Shown: positions 12,954-26,334, counted from the whole stretch's first letter. The stretch: 63,932 nt of DNA, filler included, from Rhabdomonas costata (GCA_019059605.1; 43 parts of 43 records of this genome joined end to end with filler, not necessarily neighbours in it), one strand, 5' to 3'. Translations and numbers: made by a program. The notes: generated from the letters alone by a model not told the origin.

Positions 12954-14123
12954 TGCGATATGCCAGCAGCGACTCACTTCTCACCGTTCTTCCACTCACC
13001 ACTACCTCCGGTCTTGATTGCTGGTCTGTGTTGTGCCGCCTCCTCTCACCGCGGCCCTTCCTGTATTTGTTCCACGCTCTTGTCCACCACGCTGGGTTTC
13101 ATGCCTGGTGGATTTCTCTCCATCTCTATCATCTTCCCCCCATTCTTACACTCCGTCCAGCTGCAGCCAACGCAACAGGCCCACCGCCGCGATTTCTCCT
13201 GCACGGTGCATTGTCCAGCAAGGCAAAGGTGATGGGCACCTGCGCCCTTCTCGGTACCCCATCACATGTCACGGCATACGTTGTGCCTTTCTTTCAGTTT
13301 GCCTCTCACCGTATGTTGCGGNNNNNNNNNNNNNNNNNNNNNNNNNNNNNNNNNNNNNNNNNNNNTTAATTAATTAANNNNNNNNNNNNNNNNNNNNNNN
13401 NNNNNNNNNNNNNNNNNNNNNTTTTGTGGTTATTCCGAGAGAATGTCGCGTCCAGACGAAAGCACGCAGGACCTCACGCCGCTCCGCCGCGCGTGCACAC
13501 TCACTCACACTCATTCACATGCTGCTTTTCGTGCGGTGGTTTTTTTTTCGCTTTTATCCGCGACCTTGAGGTGCGCGTTTGGTTGTGACTGTCTTCCACA
13601 CGCTCCTCGCCTTCGCCCTCGAATGCGCCCCGGGACCATTTCATTGGTTACTCCTCTGTTCTCTCATTGGCTGTGACCTTCTGTTCCGCAAACACCCAAG
13701 TGGAAGGAAGAAGCTGCGTGTCGTGCAAGAACTGCGACGCCCTTCGCGCCAACGGAACGTGCACCGAGTGCTTCTGGAGCGTGTTTACTGAAGGAGGTGT
13801 GCAGCAGGCACAAGCACATCCACACCTACACGATCCCATTGATGCGGCAACATTTGTAGGAATCTGTCGGCGTTTATGACTCGAGACATAACTCCAGTCA
13901 CCGCAATGTCTCCAGGCAAAGCTTGCCGAGCGTTGCAGAGGCATAATGTTCTGAACTTTTTGAAGTATACTTAGGTCTGTGTATTTGGCGGAAAACCGGT
14001 ATAACTAACCCCCCTTTGCTAAAGTGAAAGTAAATTTAAATAGTGATAATTGAGTCAAGAGAGTAGAGACAGTTCAGCTAACCCCCGTGCGCCAAAATAA
14101 CACCCCAAAAATGTGTGATTTGT

Positions 14124-14235
14124 ACGTTTAGCATCGCTAAACATTTGGCACTGCAAACGGAGCATTTCCCACCCATGGAACGTCCCAACCCATCCGCCTG
14201 AACAAGCTCGCGTCTGGCTTCGCCGCGCACTGGCC
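14124..14235 (+). repeat. Interspersed repeat family B, copy 2
   Basis: Aligns by eye to 12304-12405 with substitutions and an indel. Confidence 0.85.
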
Positions 14236-15166
14236 CAGCAATGATTTCCCTCCACCAATTGGGGATTGCGTCTCGAGATGTATTTTTGCCGGTTTTCCCC
14301 GCATTATGCGTCGCTGCTCTTGACTTCGATACTTGTTTGGGCTATTTTGGTTTCCGGTGATTCCCGTGACTGTGTTTTCCAATAGAATGCCCCAAGAGTG
14401 GCACTTGCTTGTTCTACTCGGAGGGCGGCCGCGCGAACCGCAAGGGTATTTCCCCCGCGTCATGCCAAAATCCTACCCACCCGTGTTTTCTCTTCCTGTT
14501 GTGAAACCGTGTGAATGCTGTGGTGGACCTCATGCTTGATGTGCGCATCTCTCTCTTGTATGCAAGCGCACGCCAACCGAACAGACCCTCCCTATATATT
14601 ATCTTCCCTATGGCGTTTTCATCAATCATCGTCCTAATCAACCTTTGTTTATGTTCACTTCCTTCAGTCATATGTCTTCGGTCGTGCTTGATTCTTATGA
14701 ATTTGCAAGAATAATTCTGCCAGAGAGTTGTTGGTCATAATTATGTCTCTGACTCACGCCCCACCCAACTCGCCTTCCTTAGACTTTCTCTTTAACGATT
14801 TTAAGGGAAATCNNNNNNNNNNNNNNNNNNNNNNNNNNNNNNNNNNNNNNNNNNNNTTAATTAATTAANNNNNNNNNNNNNNNNNNNNNNNNNNNNNNNN
14901 NNNNNNNNNNNNGGGTGGTTTTTCTTATTCTACTCCTCTCTGTCGGACTTAACAGCACCAGGGGCAGTAGAATAAGAAAAACCATCTCCTCCCGGGGCGG
15001 GCGCAATTCCGGCAAGCTGCTGGGTCGGATGGCCGCCCGCTCCCCACCACCCCGACCTAACCTCAGGCTCTGCGGGGCTGGGCTCTTCGGCCTCGGGGCC
15101 TTTCGCCCTCAGCCTAGCACTGAAGGCCGAGGACACCAGATAACAACAATTGACGGGTCTGCACAC

Positions 15167-16201
15167 CTCTTCCTCCACTTGCTTGGTCTGCTGCAAGCCG
15201 TCGATCTGCTGCCCGAGCTCTGCCAGCTTGGGCTCCAGGGAGGCCGCACGGGCCTTCAGAAGCTCCACAGCCTGCACACCCTGCTCAATGGCAGCATCCC
15301 TATGGAGGATGGAGGAGGAAGCCAAATCCATTGGTGGCAACTGCGCCAGGTTCGGTGGAGCAAGAAAAGTGAAAAAGAAGAAGAAAAGCGATCCGAAAGG
15401 TCTCAGCCATCCTAACATTTCTCCAAAGCATGCCTTGCTCCCTTGGCTCGTAGAAAGCGCTCCTTCCGAGCGGCGTCCTTCTTCTCCATTTCCTGCGAGC
15501 AAGGACAACGGTGCAAATTCTCCAGTGAGCGCCAGAGACTTGGAAAAAGCAAAATCTACTACGAACACGGGCAAAATAATCGGAATGCTGAAATTCAACT
15601 TCGTTGATAAATCGCAAAGTTCAGGCAACGAATCAGTTTGCTTCCCTTGTCTCTCACGGGTAATACAGCCGTATACATCCGAACATCAGAGTATCAGAAT
15701 AACGATCTTTATGGTGAACCACCTTTCCCCCCAAAATACCGAAAAAACCCATGCCAGTGCTTCACTCCGTTCAGAGCAAACTGCACGAGAGGTGGGTAGC
15801 ACCTCCGCTTGGGCTCGGCAGCTGTTCTGGCACACCACGAGGCGCCCAGAGGCCTCATCCGACCCGTCACAGCAGTCGCACACCCCGTCCTCCACAAAGG
15901 CGGAGGGGATAGGCACTGGCCGGAGCTCCCGGTTCTCGCACCAGAACGTGGTGTCCAGGAAGCTGCACGCCGGAGTCCCAGGCTCGTCGGAGCCGTCTGG
16001 GCAGTCGCAGTAGTTGTCATTCACCCACGCCAATGCAATCGTGAGGGCGGCAGAGAGGCAATGGAAGCGGTCACCCTCCACGGCGGCGGCGTAGCGCGGG
16101 CGCTCTGCCGGGGAGATCCCAGCCCACACAGTTGCGCTGTCCGTGACTTGGGCAGAGCACAGCGCCGTGCACAGAAGGACAGCCCAGAAAAGAACAGGCA
16201 T
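15167..16201 (-). CDS. PRKCSH: Glucosidase II beta subunit-like protein, N-terminal part (exons 16201-15803, 15492-15434, 15299-15167)
   Basis: Signal peptide, then VNDNYCDCPDGSDEPGTPAC and F.C.N...P...V.DGVCDCCDGSDE...C.N.C, followed by a coiled coil EMEKKDAARKERFLRAKGARDAAIEQG. The second intron is GC-AG. Confidence 0.9.
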
Positions 16202-16401
16202 TGTCTTTGCAGAAGAGTGGTCACAAGTCATGGCTGCGTGGATATAGCAGCTTAGCCCTGAGCTACCCCTTCTGTACCAGAGTTATATGAGCCAAACCAA
16301 CNNNNNNNNNNNNNNNNNNNNNNNNNNNNNNNNNNNNNNNNNNNNTTAATTAATTAANNNNNNNNNNNNNNNNNNNNNNNNNNNNNNNNNNNNNNNNNNN
16401 N

Positions 16402-16869
16402 GTGTTGGTGTGTTTGGGGTTGGGTGATAATGGTCTTGGGGACGACGGAGCAGCCGTACTGGGTGGGCTGCAAAGCTCTCCACGGCTGCGCAAGTTGGCT
16501 CTCGCTCTAGGAGCAAATAGGATTACCAGCCGGGGAATAGTGTCTATGCTGGAGCTGACCAGGGCGCCGGCTCTGGCAAGCTTTGAGCTTCAGCTGCTGG
16601 ACAACTGCGCTGGGGATGAGGGGCTGCTCGCCCTAACCCAAACGATCGCTCGAAGGAACTCGCTGACCAGTGTGTCGCTGAGCCTCGGGCTGAATCAGAT
16701 CACCGACAAAGGAGTGTCCATGCTGTCTGCGCTGAAAGTCCAGGCGAAGCACATCGATCGGCTCAGTTTGGACCTTAATCCTGCCCCGGGCGTTTCTCTA
16801 GGGGCAATGGAGTGGCTTCGAAACGTAGATGCCCCACACCTGACTTGCTTTTTCCTTCAGCCGACCTAA
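16402..16869 (+). CDS. RNI-like leucine-rich-repeat protein, C-terminal part
   Basis: Repeated L..L.L..N.I...G...L units (LGDNGLGDDGAAVL, LGANRITSRGIVSM, LLDNCAGDEGLLAL, LGLNQITDKGVSML). The first bases may be primer-derived. Confidence 0.85.
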   Translation: MLVCLGLGDNGLGDDGAAVLGGLQSSPRLRKLALALGANRITSRGIVSMLELTRAPALASFELQLLDNCAGDEGLLALTQTIARRNSLTSVSLSLGLNQITDKGVSMLSALKVQAKHIDRLSLDLNPAPGVSLGAMEWLRNVDAPHLTCFFLQPT

Positions 16870-18414
16870 TGTCCGTGTACACCCAATTCTCACACCTTTC
16901 GATTACTTTCGAATGTGCTTTGTCTTCCAGTTTTATTGGCACCTCACTCTGGAGAAAGGACGGAGACGGCTTGTGTGTCCAACCATGTCCTATCTACAAC
17001 ACTGCATATTTTCCAATTGGTGCTTTTGTTAGAAGAACTCCAGATGAAACCTGAAATGTTAAAAACGGCGATTAACTTCAAATGGGCCTTTTTGGCTGTT
17101 TACTGGATTGGTATTCACATTTTTGATGTGATGCAAATTTTTTTGTTGGGTTTGTGGTTATTCAGTGAGATGGGGATGTGAATTCGTTTGTGCGACCCTG
17201 CCCTGTTCAATGCTACTTGCATAATCTGCGTGGGTCTGAGGCCTTATCTCGCCCAGGTCAAGTGGATGGTATGGCTCCTGTAAACTAATGGAAAGCAGCT
17301 CTGGCTTTTCGAAGGCAGTTCTTACTACTTGTGTGAGAATTTGTGGACGGGGATCTTCTTTTGCTTTTGTGGTTGGGGTGTTGTGTTTTTCCGAGTCGCA
17401 TTGGCTGAGGGCCGAATCGTCTTTGCCAGCACTTTGTGCTGCAGATGCGGCGCGGATCTCACGATTCTCGGGGTTCGTCCACTCCAACAGCGGAGAAGCC
17501 CTCTTTGGTGCGCAAAGATGTGGAACACCGAACCTGGGAGGTTCGCGTCTGACCTCTCTCAGAGGAACACACACACACATGTTTTCGGAGAGTTATGGTA
17601 AACTCAGCTCCTGTTTGTCGTTTGAACAACTAAGGTCTATAACGGTCTGAGGTGGAGCTGCTCTGCAGCGATGTTATTATTGTGTTTGCCTTTATGCCCT
17701 TTCTATGTCCTTATGATCTGCAATAGAGCTTCATTCAGTGGCAATCTTGTTCCGGATTCCCCAAAATCGCCAAATCACGGAACCACACAANNNNNNNNNN
17801 NNNNNNNNNNNNNNNNNNNNNNNNNNNNNNNNNNTTAATTAATTAANNNNNNNNNNNNNNNNNNNNNNNNNNNNNNNNNNNNNNNNNNNNAACATCGCCT
17901 CCCAACCCAGAAAAAACTCATAAAGGGGACAAAAAAAACTTCACAGCGCTCCCCGATGGGGGGGGGGCCATAAATGCACTAGCGCCGTTACAGCCTGAGG
18001 TTGGGAATCTGGTGGTAAGCTCAACTCAGGATTTTACAATCCTACCCAATATGGGCTCTCGTTGGCCAGGCTAGCTCAAGTTTTGCAGGGTGCTTATTTC
18101 GGTAGTGATCCAGAGAATAGGTATATTAGGTTTATGATTTTAGCCTACCCCTCCGTCATAATTTCCGGCGGCCTTTGAGGAATGTATAGGTCCGGAGGCC
18201 TGCAGACGAGGATAGATGGATACCGCTGGAAGGCCCTCCTGAACGACAAAAAGAGGAATTCTAGGCAGGACAAAAAAGAAGCAACACCTCAGTTAAAAAC
18301 CATGTCCATTTTCCCTTCCCGGTCTTTGGGGGTGACCGCTCCACTGTGGAGCTGTGGGGCTGCGTGGCCCTGGCGTGGGGTAGGGTGCAGTTCTGGGTGT
18401 TTTTTCTCTGCTAG

Positions 18415-19137
18415 CCCTTGGACCAGACTCTGGAGGACTCTTTGTCCGCGAGTTGGACCTCCGCGCCCCTGGAGCAGCCCCTGGCCATTCTGGGTGCACC
18501 GCAGGCCAGCCTCATCGTGAGTTGCGACGCCCCTTGTGGGCTGGTGGCGGTGCGACTGTGTGATGTGGACGATCGTTTAGGGGCGCCCTCCTCGACGCTC
18601 ATCTCTCGAGGGGTGCTCAACCTTTGCCACCGCGAGGGCCATGGCGCGGACCAAGTCAAGGTTTTGTCGCGAAACGACAAGAGTTGTACCCTGCTTTGGA
18701 TTCTTTGTGATTCTCAGCTTTGGTGCTGCTTTGATATTGCTCTTACTCTTGCGTCGAGTTCTGATTTCTCGGTTTCTATTCTCTGCCCAAACATAGTCAG
18801 TCTGGTTCTGGGAATAGCGTTTTCCATTTTAGAATCGCCTCCGCTGAGCTAGTGTTTAGTTTGCACGACATGCGTATCCCGGGCTACTTCGCGGCACTTC
18901 ACGAGTTGCTGACTCCGCCGCGTACTCGTGATGGCGGATGATCGGAGCACTGCAACACAGCACCCCCCTTTTTTTTCGATGCAGGGGCTCACCCCGGGAG
19001 AGCGCTACAGTGTTGTGGTGCGCCTGGACGCGACAGGGTACAAGGTGGACGCCGGCCACCGCCTGCGCGTATCCATTTCCTCCAACTACTGGCCGCTGGT
19101 CTGGCCCTCACCTTCGACGCAGCCTGTCACACTCAAC
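18415..19137 (+). CDS. CocE/NonD-family (peptidase S15, PepX C-terminal domain) hydrolase fragment (exons 18415-18660 and 18985-19137)
   Basis: DQ..ED..S..W.SAPLEQPLAILGAP...VAVRLCDV...RGVLNLCHR..H|GLTPG..Y.V.V.L....Y....GHRLRVSISSNYWPLVWPSP. Phase-0 GT-AG junctions. Confidence 0.88.
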
Positions 19138-20514
19138 GTATGCCTCTTGCCCGCTGTGTCATCATGTTCTTTGCTGACTGCCAGTATTTGGGTGGATGGG
19201 TAGTTTTTGGGTCGCTGGCCATTAGTTGGTATCAGGAAGTGTTGCCTGTTGCGTCTCGTTAGGCTGTGAGTAATTTACGNNNNNNNNNNNNNNNNNNNNN
19301 NNNNNNNNNNNNNNNNNNNNNNNTTAATTAATTAANNNNNNNNNNNNNNNNNNNNNNNNNNNNNNNNNNNNNNNNNNNNTGGTTTGGGGGAGGACGGCAA
19401 TGTAAACGACGCAGAATTTTGGGAGAGAATGACATGGAGATTAGAAGTGCGGGGTAGGGATGAAGCTGCGATAGCGCATCTCTATCCAAAGCCACCGAGG
19501 CAACAGACGCGTGATGCCAATGCAACGCACGCTGGGACTGAGTGGACAATAGAGTCGAATAAATTGCATAGCAATGCACAAGGGTGTAAAAAGAGAGGAG
19601 TAAATGCGATGAGATTCTATGAATAGAAGATTGAAAGCTGGGCGCTAGAGACGACAGACGAAAGAGCTCTTCATCAAGCCGGTGAGTACACGCTGCCAAA
19701 AAAAACATCGGGTATCCAAGTGAGCTGACCCAAAATGATAATCCCTCAAAAAAGGATGCGGTAGATTCCGCGAGACCGAAATCCGTGCACCATTTCCTGC
19801 ATACAGCATGGAAGGGGAAGACGGGCGGAGGCGATTGAATGCCAACTTGCTCCACTTCCCAATTCGCAAAAGCTGTTTTCATACAACATGCATCAAACTG
19901 AGCAAGTTTCACAGGGAAACTTCGCCATAGCGCCGAACTCCACAGCGCATTTTCCGCATTTTCCGACTCGCACAAGTAAACAGCGTTCAAAAGAATGGGC
20001 AGGTGGTGCTATGTAAGAAAGGACGGAGGGGTTTGTGCGTGTGCAGCATAGGATTGAAGTTGTTCACCACGCCCCGTCCCCCTCCCACACAACACAACAT
20101 ACAATGGATGATAGATAAAACCCAATGTAAGCATATGTGACACGGGGCTCGTTGTGCAGAGAGAGAGCATCGATCTGTGCCAAAGACATTCTCACCAGCA
20201 GTGCGTCAACTGCCAGCTGCACAGAGAGAGTCACATCGGCACAATCTCAAAAAAAAGGGTAACACAAAAAGAGTAACACAACGAGAGGTGGGAGGACGAA
20301 GCTGACCTTCGTTCTCAAACACGCATACATGATAGCTACCAGAATTTACTCTTCGCTCTCCACCACAGGCTCTGCTCAAACCTGCACGAAAAACAAAATC
20401 TCACCTGGCTCAGTCGTGTGGATAGCAGTAGGGTGCCTTTGCTCACAGATGTGCAGCGCCCAACTCGGAGATATACTCGATGATCCTGGGTCATATGCCA
20501 CCGACCACACACAC

Positions 20515-20656
20515 CCATGAAAACAAAAGGCCAGCGGAGGCGGTGGTTCACTGAATGGCAGGCACTACAGTGTACCTGCGCTTTCCCTGCTGAGCTTCGG
20601 CGACTCGGCGTCTTCCACTTTGCCCCACAAGTGCGGCAGCTGTAGTACCCACAGCC
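20515..20656 (-). CDS. Exon encoding a CxxC zinc-finger-like segment (3CxxC-like)
   Basis: AG|GCGYYSCRTCGAKWKT...QVHCSACHSVNH...|GT; the G.(F/Y).C..C...W...Q.C..C pattern recalls zf-3CxxC. Confidence 0.45.
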
Positions 20657-21494
20657 CTGAGACAGGGGAAAAGCATGGAATATGCACCTCCACTCACACA
20701 GAGGAGAGCGACCACCACCTGTCCACCTACCCTCATCCGATTTCTTCCAGGAAGAGCGACCAACCAACNNNNNNNNNNNNNNNNNNNNNNNNNNNNNNNN
20801 NNNNNNNNNNNNTTAATTAATTAANNNNNNNNNNNNNNNNNNNNNNNNNNNNNNNNNNNNNNNNNNNNGTGTGTGGGGACCAACGCTATCGCCCGAGATT
20901 TCCTCACCTAGGCGATGATAGCCCTGCAAATGGCTCTGCTGCTACCCAACCCCTGCCGCGTCGGTAAATTCACGTCCTTCTTTTTCGGTCGTCGTTCCAA
21001 GAGGAGCTCGCGAAACATGTATTTGAGCAGGTTTTGCCAGCGCTAGGTTTTCTGGACATGCCGCTGTCCTGTGGAGAAATGTGGCTCTTCGTTGCTTCTC
21101 GCTCGAGGGTTGCCCCATGTGCGAAGATGCATACAATGAAGCACATCCACATATGGGTGAAGCTGCAAAGGGGTGGGGAGCCTTCCGGTGGCAGAGAGAG
21201 AGAGTTCGCTAAGAACAGCTAGAATCTGTTTGTGTATGTGTGTGAATGCTTCAGACTCTCTCTTTGTTTGGTCGGGAGCCTGCCTTTCTTTTTCTCCCAT
21301 CGGCGTGTAATCCGAGCGGAGACTCAAAAAACTGCTCCCTCACACGCATCCATTGTGCCTTCTCTGAGAACAGCACACCGCGCAGCCTTCCGTCTTCTCC
21401 GCTTGAGTCGCTTTCCTCGGGGAGCATAGCCGTCCGATGCGTGTGCGTGTGCCTGTGCGTGTGCGTGTGTGACTCTCCGCGGTGGTGCACACAC

Positions 21495-21724
21495 CGGAAG
21501 CGTTGCCTCTGACGGAGGTGGCGAAGAGCAGGGGGGCGCATCCTGGCCTCCATCCCAGTGATCCCCCTGTGGGCAGCCCGCTGCGCGGCCAGCAGGTGTT
21601 GGCGATGCGCGGCCTCCTTCTCCTCCACAAGCACCCCCCAGAGCATCCCGTGAAGACCCTGCATCAACAGCTGCTGCCGCTGAGTCCGCTCCGCACTCTG
21701 CAGGGCGTTGCGATGAATGGACGG
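21495..21724 (-). CDS. Exon of a helical E...R..L repeat protein, function unknown
   Basis: AG/GT-bounded GC-rich exon with LQSAERTQRQQL...EEKEAAHRQHLLAAQRAAHRGI. A similar motif occurs at about 3820-3910 (-) (EESRKRALISGAERAER). Confidence 0.5.
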
Positions 21725-24700
21725 CTTTGCCCAATCACACAATCATAACCCACGGCAGACGAAGGCACAGCCAAATTGATACTGTCTGCACGCCATCCCT
21801 CCCGCCCAAACGCAACGACCAAACTGCTGGGGCATTCTTTTTTTTACCTATTCTCCCTCAAGCTGAGATATTTCTTGCTGCAACATCACTTTCCCTTACT
21901 CCATCATACCATTAGTGAGCTCATGACGCCGGCCCTATTGTGGGCCTGCTCGGGGCTCAGAAGCTGCTCCACTGAAAAATGCCCGCACATGAAGGCAGCC
22001 AGGTCGGCCAACAGCCCGCAGCCTGCACAAGCACACAGATAGAGACCTCGTCTCGGAGACATGTACGCTCACTTCCCGATTTTGCTCACAGATCGTGGTT
22101 AAGTTCACCACCACAACTACTCTGTGGCTCGCTCGCTGCAACAGCAATACGCTTGTGCTGACGACAGACCGAAAAGTACGATAGGGCAGAGTATGTTCAC
22201 ACAGCGGTGCGATGAACCCCAAAAACACCATCAAAAACAGGCAAGGAAAACAAAACACCNNNNNNNNNNNNNNNNNNNNNNNNNNNNNNNNNNNNNNNNN
22301 NNNTTAATTAATTAANNNNNNNNNNNNNNNNNNNNNNNNNNNNNNNNNNNNNNNNNNNNACCACGGAGGGGAGCGGATCGAGTGGGCTACGGGGGTAAGT
22401 CGTAATTGATCTTTCAACTCTGCAAGGTATTCTCGTTGTCACTATCGGCATATCCCACTCTTTCCGTGTATTTTTTGAGGGGCCGCTATAAACTATCCCT
22501 ATGTTGTTTTAAATGTGGTGGGTTGTCGAACCCTAATTTGGTCCACAAGATGGATGAGGAAAGAATGGGCTATATAATAGTGGGCCATAAAATCCGCCGT
22601 GAATTGGAATTGCCAAGGAGCAGAACAGGAAAGATAATTTCGTGGGATATAAAGTGTAAATGGGAAAGATGTGAGCGAAATCGGTAAGGTTTTGGGAGGA
22701 AAGCGCTGCTTTGATCCAAAGTGGTTTTTGTAAGGGCAGAAGTAAATGCGTGAAAAAGATACTTCTCATGGTAGTGCACAAATAATTGAAGCAACATTGG
22801 GATATTAGGCGCTGAATTAACACACACAAGGCTTGAGACTGAATTCTATAGTCGAAGTTCAATAGCAGCGGTTGGGTAATTGGTCTTGAGATTAAAGCGC
22901 TGTAAAAGAGAACGGTTCATCGAACCCGTCCTTGAAAATTCACGCCCTGGTTTTCTATCATTCCTCTCCACGTGCCCAAAATTACGGATGACTAAAATTG
23001 TAAATCAAAACAGCAAAATTATGTTGGCGTACGTTCGTCTCGGCATAGAACGTTTTGTAGTAGAAGATAAAGGAGACATATTGGTGTGGCAGACCTATTT
23101 TTGTAGTAGCTTGAAAGCGTGGTTAGTTGGAAAAGCTTGTGAGAATGTCAGTGAGGTTTGTTTCAAACAGAAGAGATTAGTTGAGGCTTTAAAAGGGAGC
23201 TGTAGAAAAACGAGTAAGCAGGCAGTTTTTAAGGACAGCTTTTGTGAAAAGACAGTCTTTAGAGCAAATGCCTGTGGAAATCAATAGCGGATAAGAAGGT
23301 TCTCAGAAAGAGAGTTTCATGAGCAGATCCGGTCAAGCTAAAGGTTTGAGCAGAGTGCTGGAAGAGAAGACGGCGGAAAAAAAGAAGACCTGTGCGGATG
23401 AAAGCCGTGCCGTAGAACGCCGTTGATGAAAATAAGGTCGCGGATTTGAGCATAGTACCCGCAAGTTTTGTAGAAGTGGAGCCTGAAGGCCGTGGAAAGC
23501 AACACCTGGAGGACATAAAGATGGCGGCAAAGTGCAGGCTGTGGGTTGAGGCAGCAAGGCAACTGTCAGCAGCACCAACTGAGAAGAAGGCCATGGAAAA
23601 GCGCGGTATGACCTCGGAGGGCAAGCAGAATAGAAGCAGCAGTGCTGAACAAGAAGCTGAAGAAGAACATCCAAGAGAAGAGGAGAGACACCCAAAATTC
23701 GAGGCCAGCGCAGTATAAAGAAGATGATGGCATGGAAAAGAGAATAGTNNNNNNNNNNNNNNNNNNNNNNNNNNNNNNNNNNNNNNNNNNNNTTAATTAA
23801 TTAANNNNNNNNNNNNNNNNNNNNNNNNNNNNNNNNNNNNNNNNNNNNGTGGTGGGTGTGTTTGGTGTTGTGTTGGGGAGGCCTGTGGCTGGGACGGTGC
23901 AAGCTCTGCCCAGGAAGGCAGCTGGGGTGGGGCAAGGTTGGGCTTTGCGGGTGTGGCCTTGGCGGAGAGAGGAGAGGAAGCCGAGGAGGGGGCAAACGGA
24001 GGAACGCCGGGCTGCCCCAACCCAAACAAACGAACGCAAAAGAAGGGAATTACATGGGAGCGACCGTGAACTCGACGGCACGAGAAGAATCGCCGAGAAA
24101 GGAAGCAGCAAAGCAAAACCAAAACACAAGACCGCAATGTTTCCTTAGCCGTTTGCCCTTAGCTCGGCCGCCATCTTTGATTCTTTTGTTCTTCGGCCTT
24201 GCCTGGGCATGTTTTTCTCTGTCTCATGCCTCTGTAATGCGCATTGCATCGGCCTTGTGTTTGGTGCTGCCCAAAATCACAGGTCGAAACCGCGTGAGAT
24301 GAGCTTGCAGTTGCGGTTGCGGTTGCGCAGATGACAGTGATGACAAGTGCAACAACTGAGGACATCCAGTTGCTAAAGACCGATTATTGCGGATAAATAA
24401 AGTTGTTGAGCTTCACACAACTAAATTCGCTAACCGATGCGAGCCCAAACACAAACAGAACAAGCCATCGCAAGCGCCCAGCGCTTCCAAGCTTCATCAC
24501 GCATGCCCCCCTAATTGAGACTTGCGGTGGGGTGGGGGGCGCTGCTCGACAACCTTAGGTGACATCTGAACGGCGCTTTCCGGTGCAAGGGCCTGGAGCG
24601 CAGCCGCGTGGCGAGCCACTGAGCTCTCGGAGTGTACCGGGGAGGGTACCCGCAAGACGTAGCGGGGGACAGAGGCATCCACCTCCGGGGTGCGGGGAGC

Positions 24701-25366
24701 AGTGCTGCCAGTACAGGGGCTTGAACGTTCCGTCAACTCGCTTCAATAGCTTTTGAATTGCCACCTTCTCTTCTTCCCTTCCGGTTGGACCTTGATATTT
24801 ACGCGGAAGGGCTTACCAGCCTTCCCAGCATCAAAAATAGTCTTTGCGTGGTTGCCGGCGAAGTTCGCATTCAACTTCCCCAGACACGGCTGTTCGGCTG
24901 CTCCCACGGACGCTTAACCAAATATCAACCCCATCATCAGCAGACAAGAGGCGACCAGGACACAGCAAGTAACAGTCAATGCCTGCCAGTTTTCACATAT
25001 GAGCACCTGCCTGCACCAAAACATCACACCCTGAAACCGTCATGGTTACGTGAAAAATGGCAATGGGCCACAATAGGAATGGATGGTAAATCGTTCTCCC
25101 GTGAATACCTGATGTTCGGCGGCCGAAAAACTACAGGGAACATATACATCGAAAACTGAGAGTTCGGATTCGTGCAAAAATGGGCACAGTGCCCACTTTT
25201 TCGGGACCAGTGGCATAAATACAGGGTAAAAAAACCCNNNNNNNNNNNNNNNNNNNNNNNNNNNNNNNNNNNNNNNNNNNNTTAATTAATTAANNNNNNN
25301 NNNNNNNNNNNNNNNNNNNNNNNNNNNNNNNNNNNNNTGTTGTGTTTGCGAAAAGCACGCTCGTAC

Positions 25367-26334
25367 GGGCTCGTCCGAAGGGTCGTGCAGCTGTGCCAAG
25401 TACGGGTGGCACAGGGCCTCCGCCGCGGTGATCCGCTTCGCCGGGTTGAACACGAGCATCTTCTCCAGGAAATCGAGAGCGAGCTTGCTGCAGTTGGGGA
25501 AGAGGTCCTTGAAGGGAACAGGCTGCGCAGAAGGGGTAAAAAACAAAATAAGGAAAGGGTGGAAACAAAGGCAAACGGAAAGCATGCGGCGGAGTGCGGT
25601 GGAAGGAATAAAACGCAGAAAAAAGAACGGACCCCACACCTTTTTGCGGGACATGGACTTCAAGTACCGAACAGCCTCCTCGCTCTTGATCATCGTCATG
25701 TCCTCCTCGCTGGGAACGCCTGCGCAAGAGAAAGGAGCACCGCAACATCCACTCAGGATCTGTTGCAAAGTGTGGGCACCACCACCAAGCGTACCAAGCG
25801 CATCCGTGATGAGGTTCAACTGGTTGATGTAGTCGCGACCTGGGAATAGGGGCTTTCTGTTGATCAGCTCCGCGAAGATGCAACCTAGTATGTGGTCAGA
25901 AGCGGACACTTCTTGCGAACTGCGGCTTAAATTTTACAAACACAAGAAAATTGCATGGCAGACACAAACTGAACCGTCCCCGAATCCTCACATCCATGGT
26001 TCTTGGCTTTTACCGCAATTGGGAAATTCTTCTACCCGCACATATTTGCTTTCTTCGGTCTCGCGAACACGTAAGGTTTTTTCGTTTCGACTTCCAACCC
26101 CCCCCCCCCTCATATTTTCTCCTTCCCCGGTGTGTGGTATTGCCCTGCAGTGTGTATTTCGGGATTTTATGCACCCAACTTCGAACAAGTTGTCAATTTG
26201 CACCACGCACGATGACCTGTTCAGCTGAAAGTCCACCATAAAGAAAAACGAACCTGTCGACCAGATGTCAATGGCTGGGCCATAGTCCACTGCCATGAGC
26301 AGGAGCTCCGGAGGCCGATACCAACGGGTCACCA
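25367..26334 (-). CDS. MAPK: MAP kinase, C-terminal lobe (exons 26334-26254, 25884-25795, 25719-25640, 25522-25367)
   Basis: [50 protein letters not shown]...[37 protein letters not shown]. All junctions are GT-AG and phase-consistent. Confidence 0.96.

Noticed and set aside
15150-16013. 287-aa plus-strand ORF and many other track ORFs
   Set aside because: They are antisense shadows of GC-rich exons or low-complexity sequence. ORFs ending in X...LIN simply run into linkers.
22400-23290. Possible decayed transposon coding region
   Set aside because: No RT, integrase or transposase motif could be identified in any frame.
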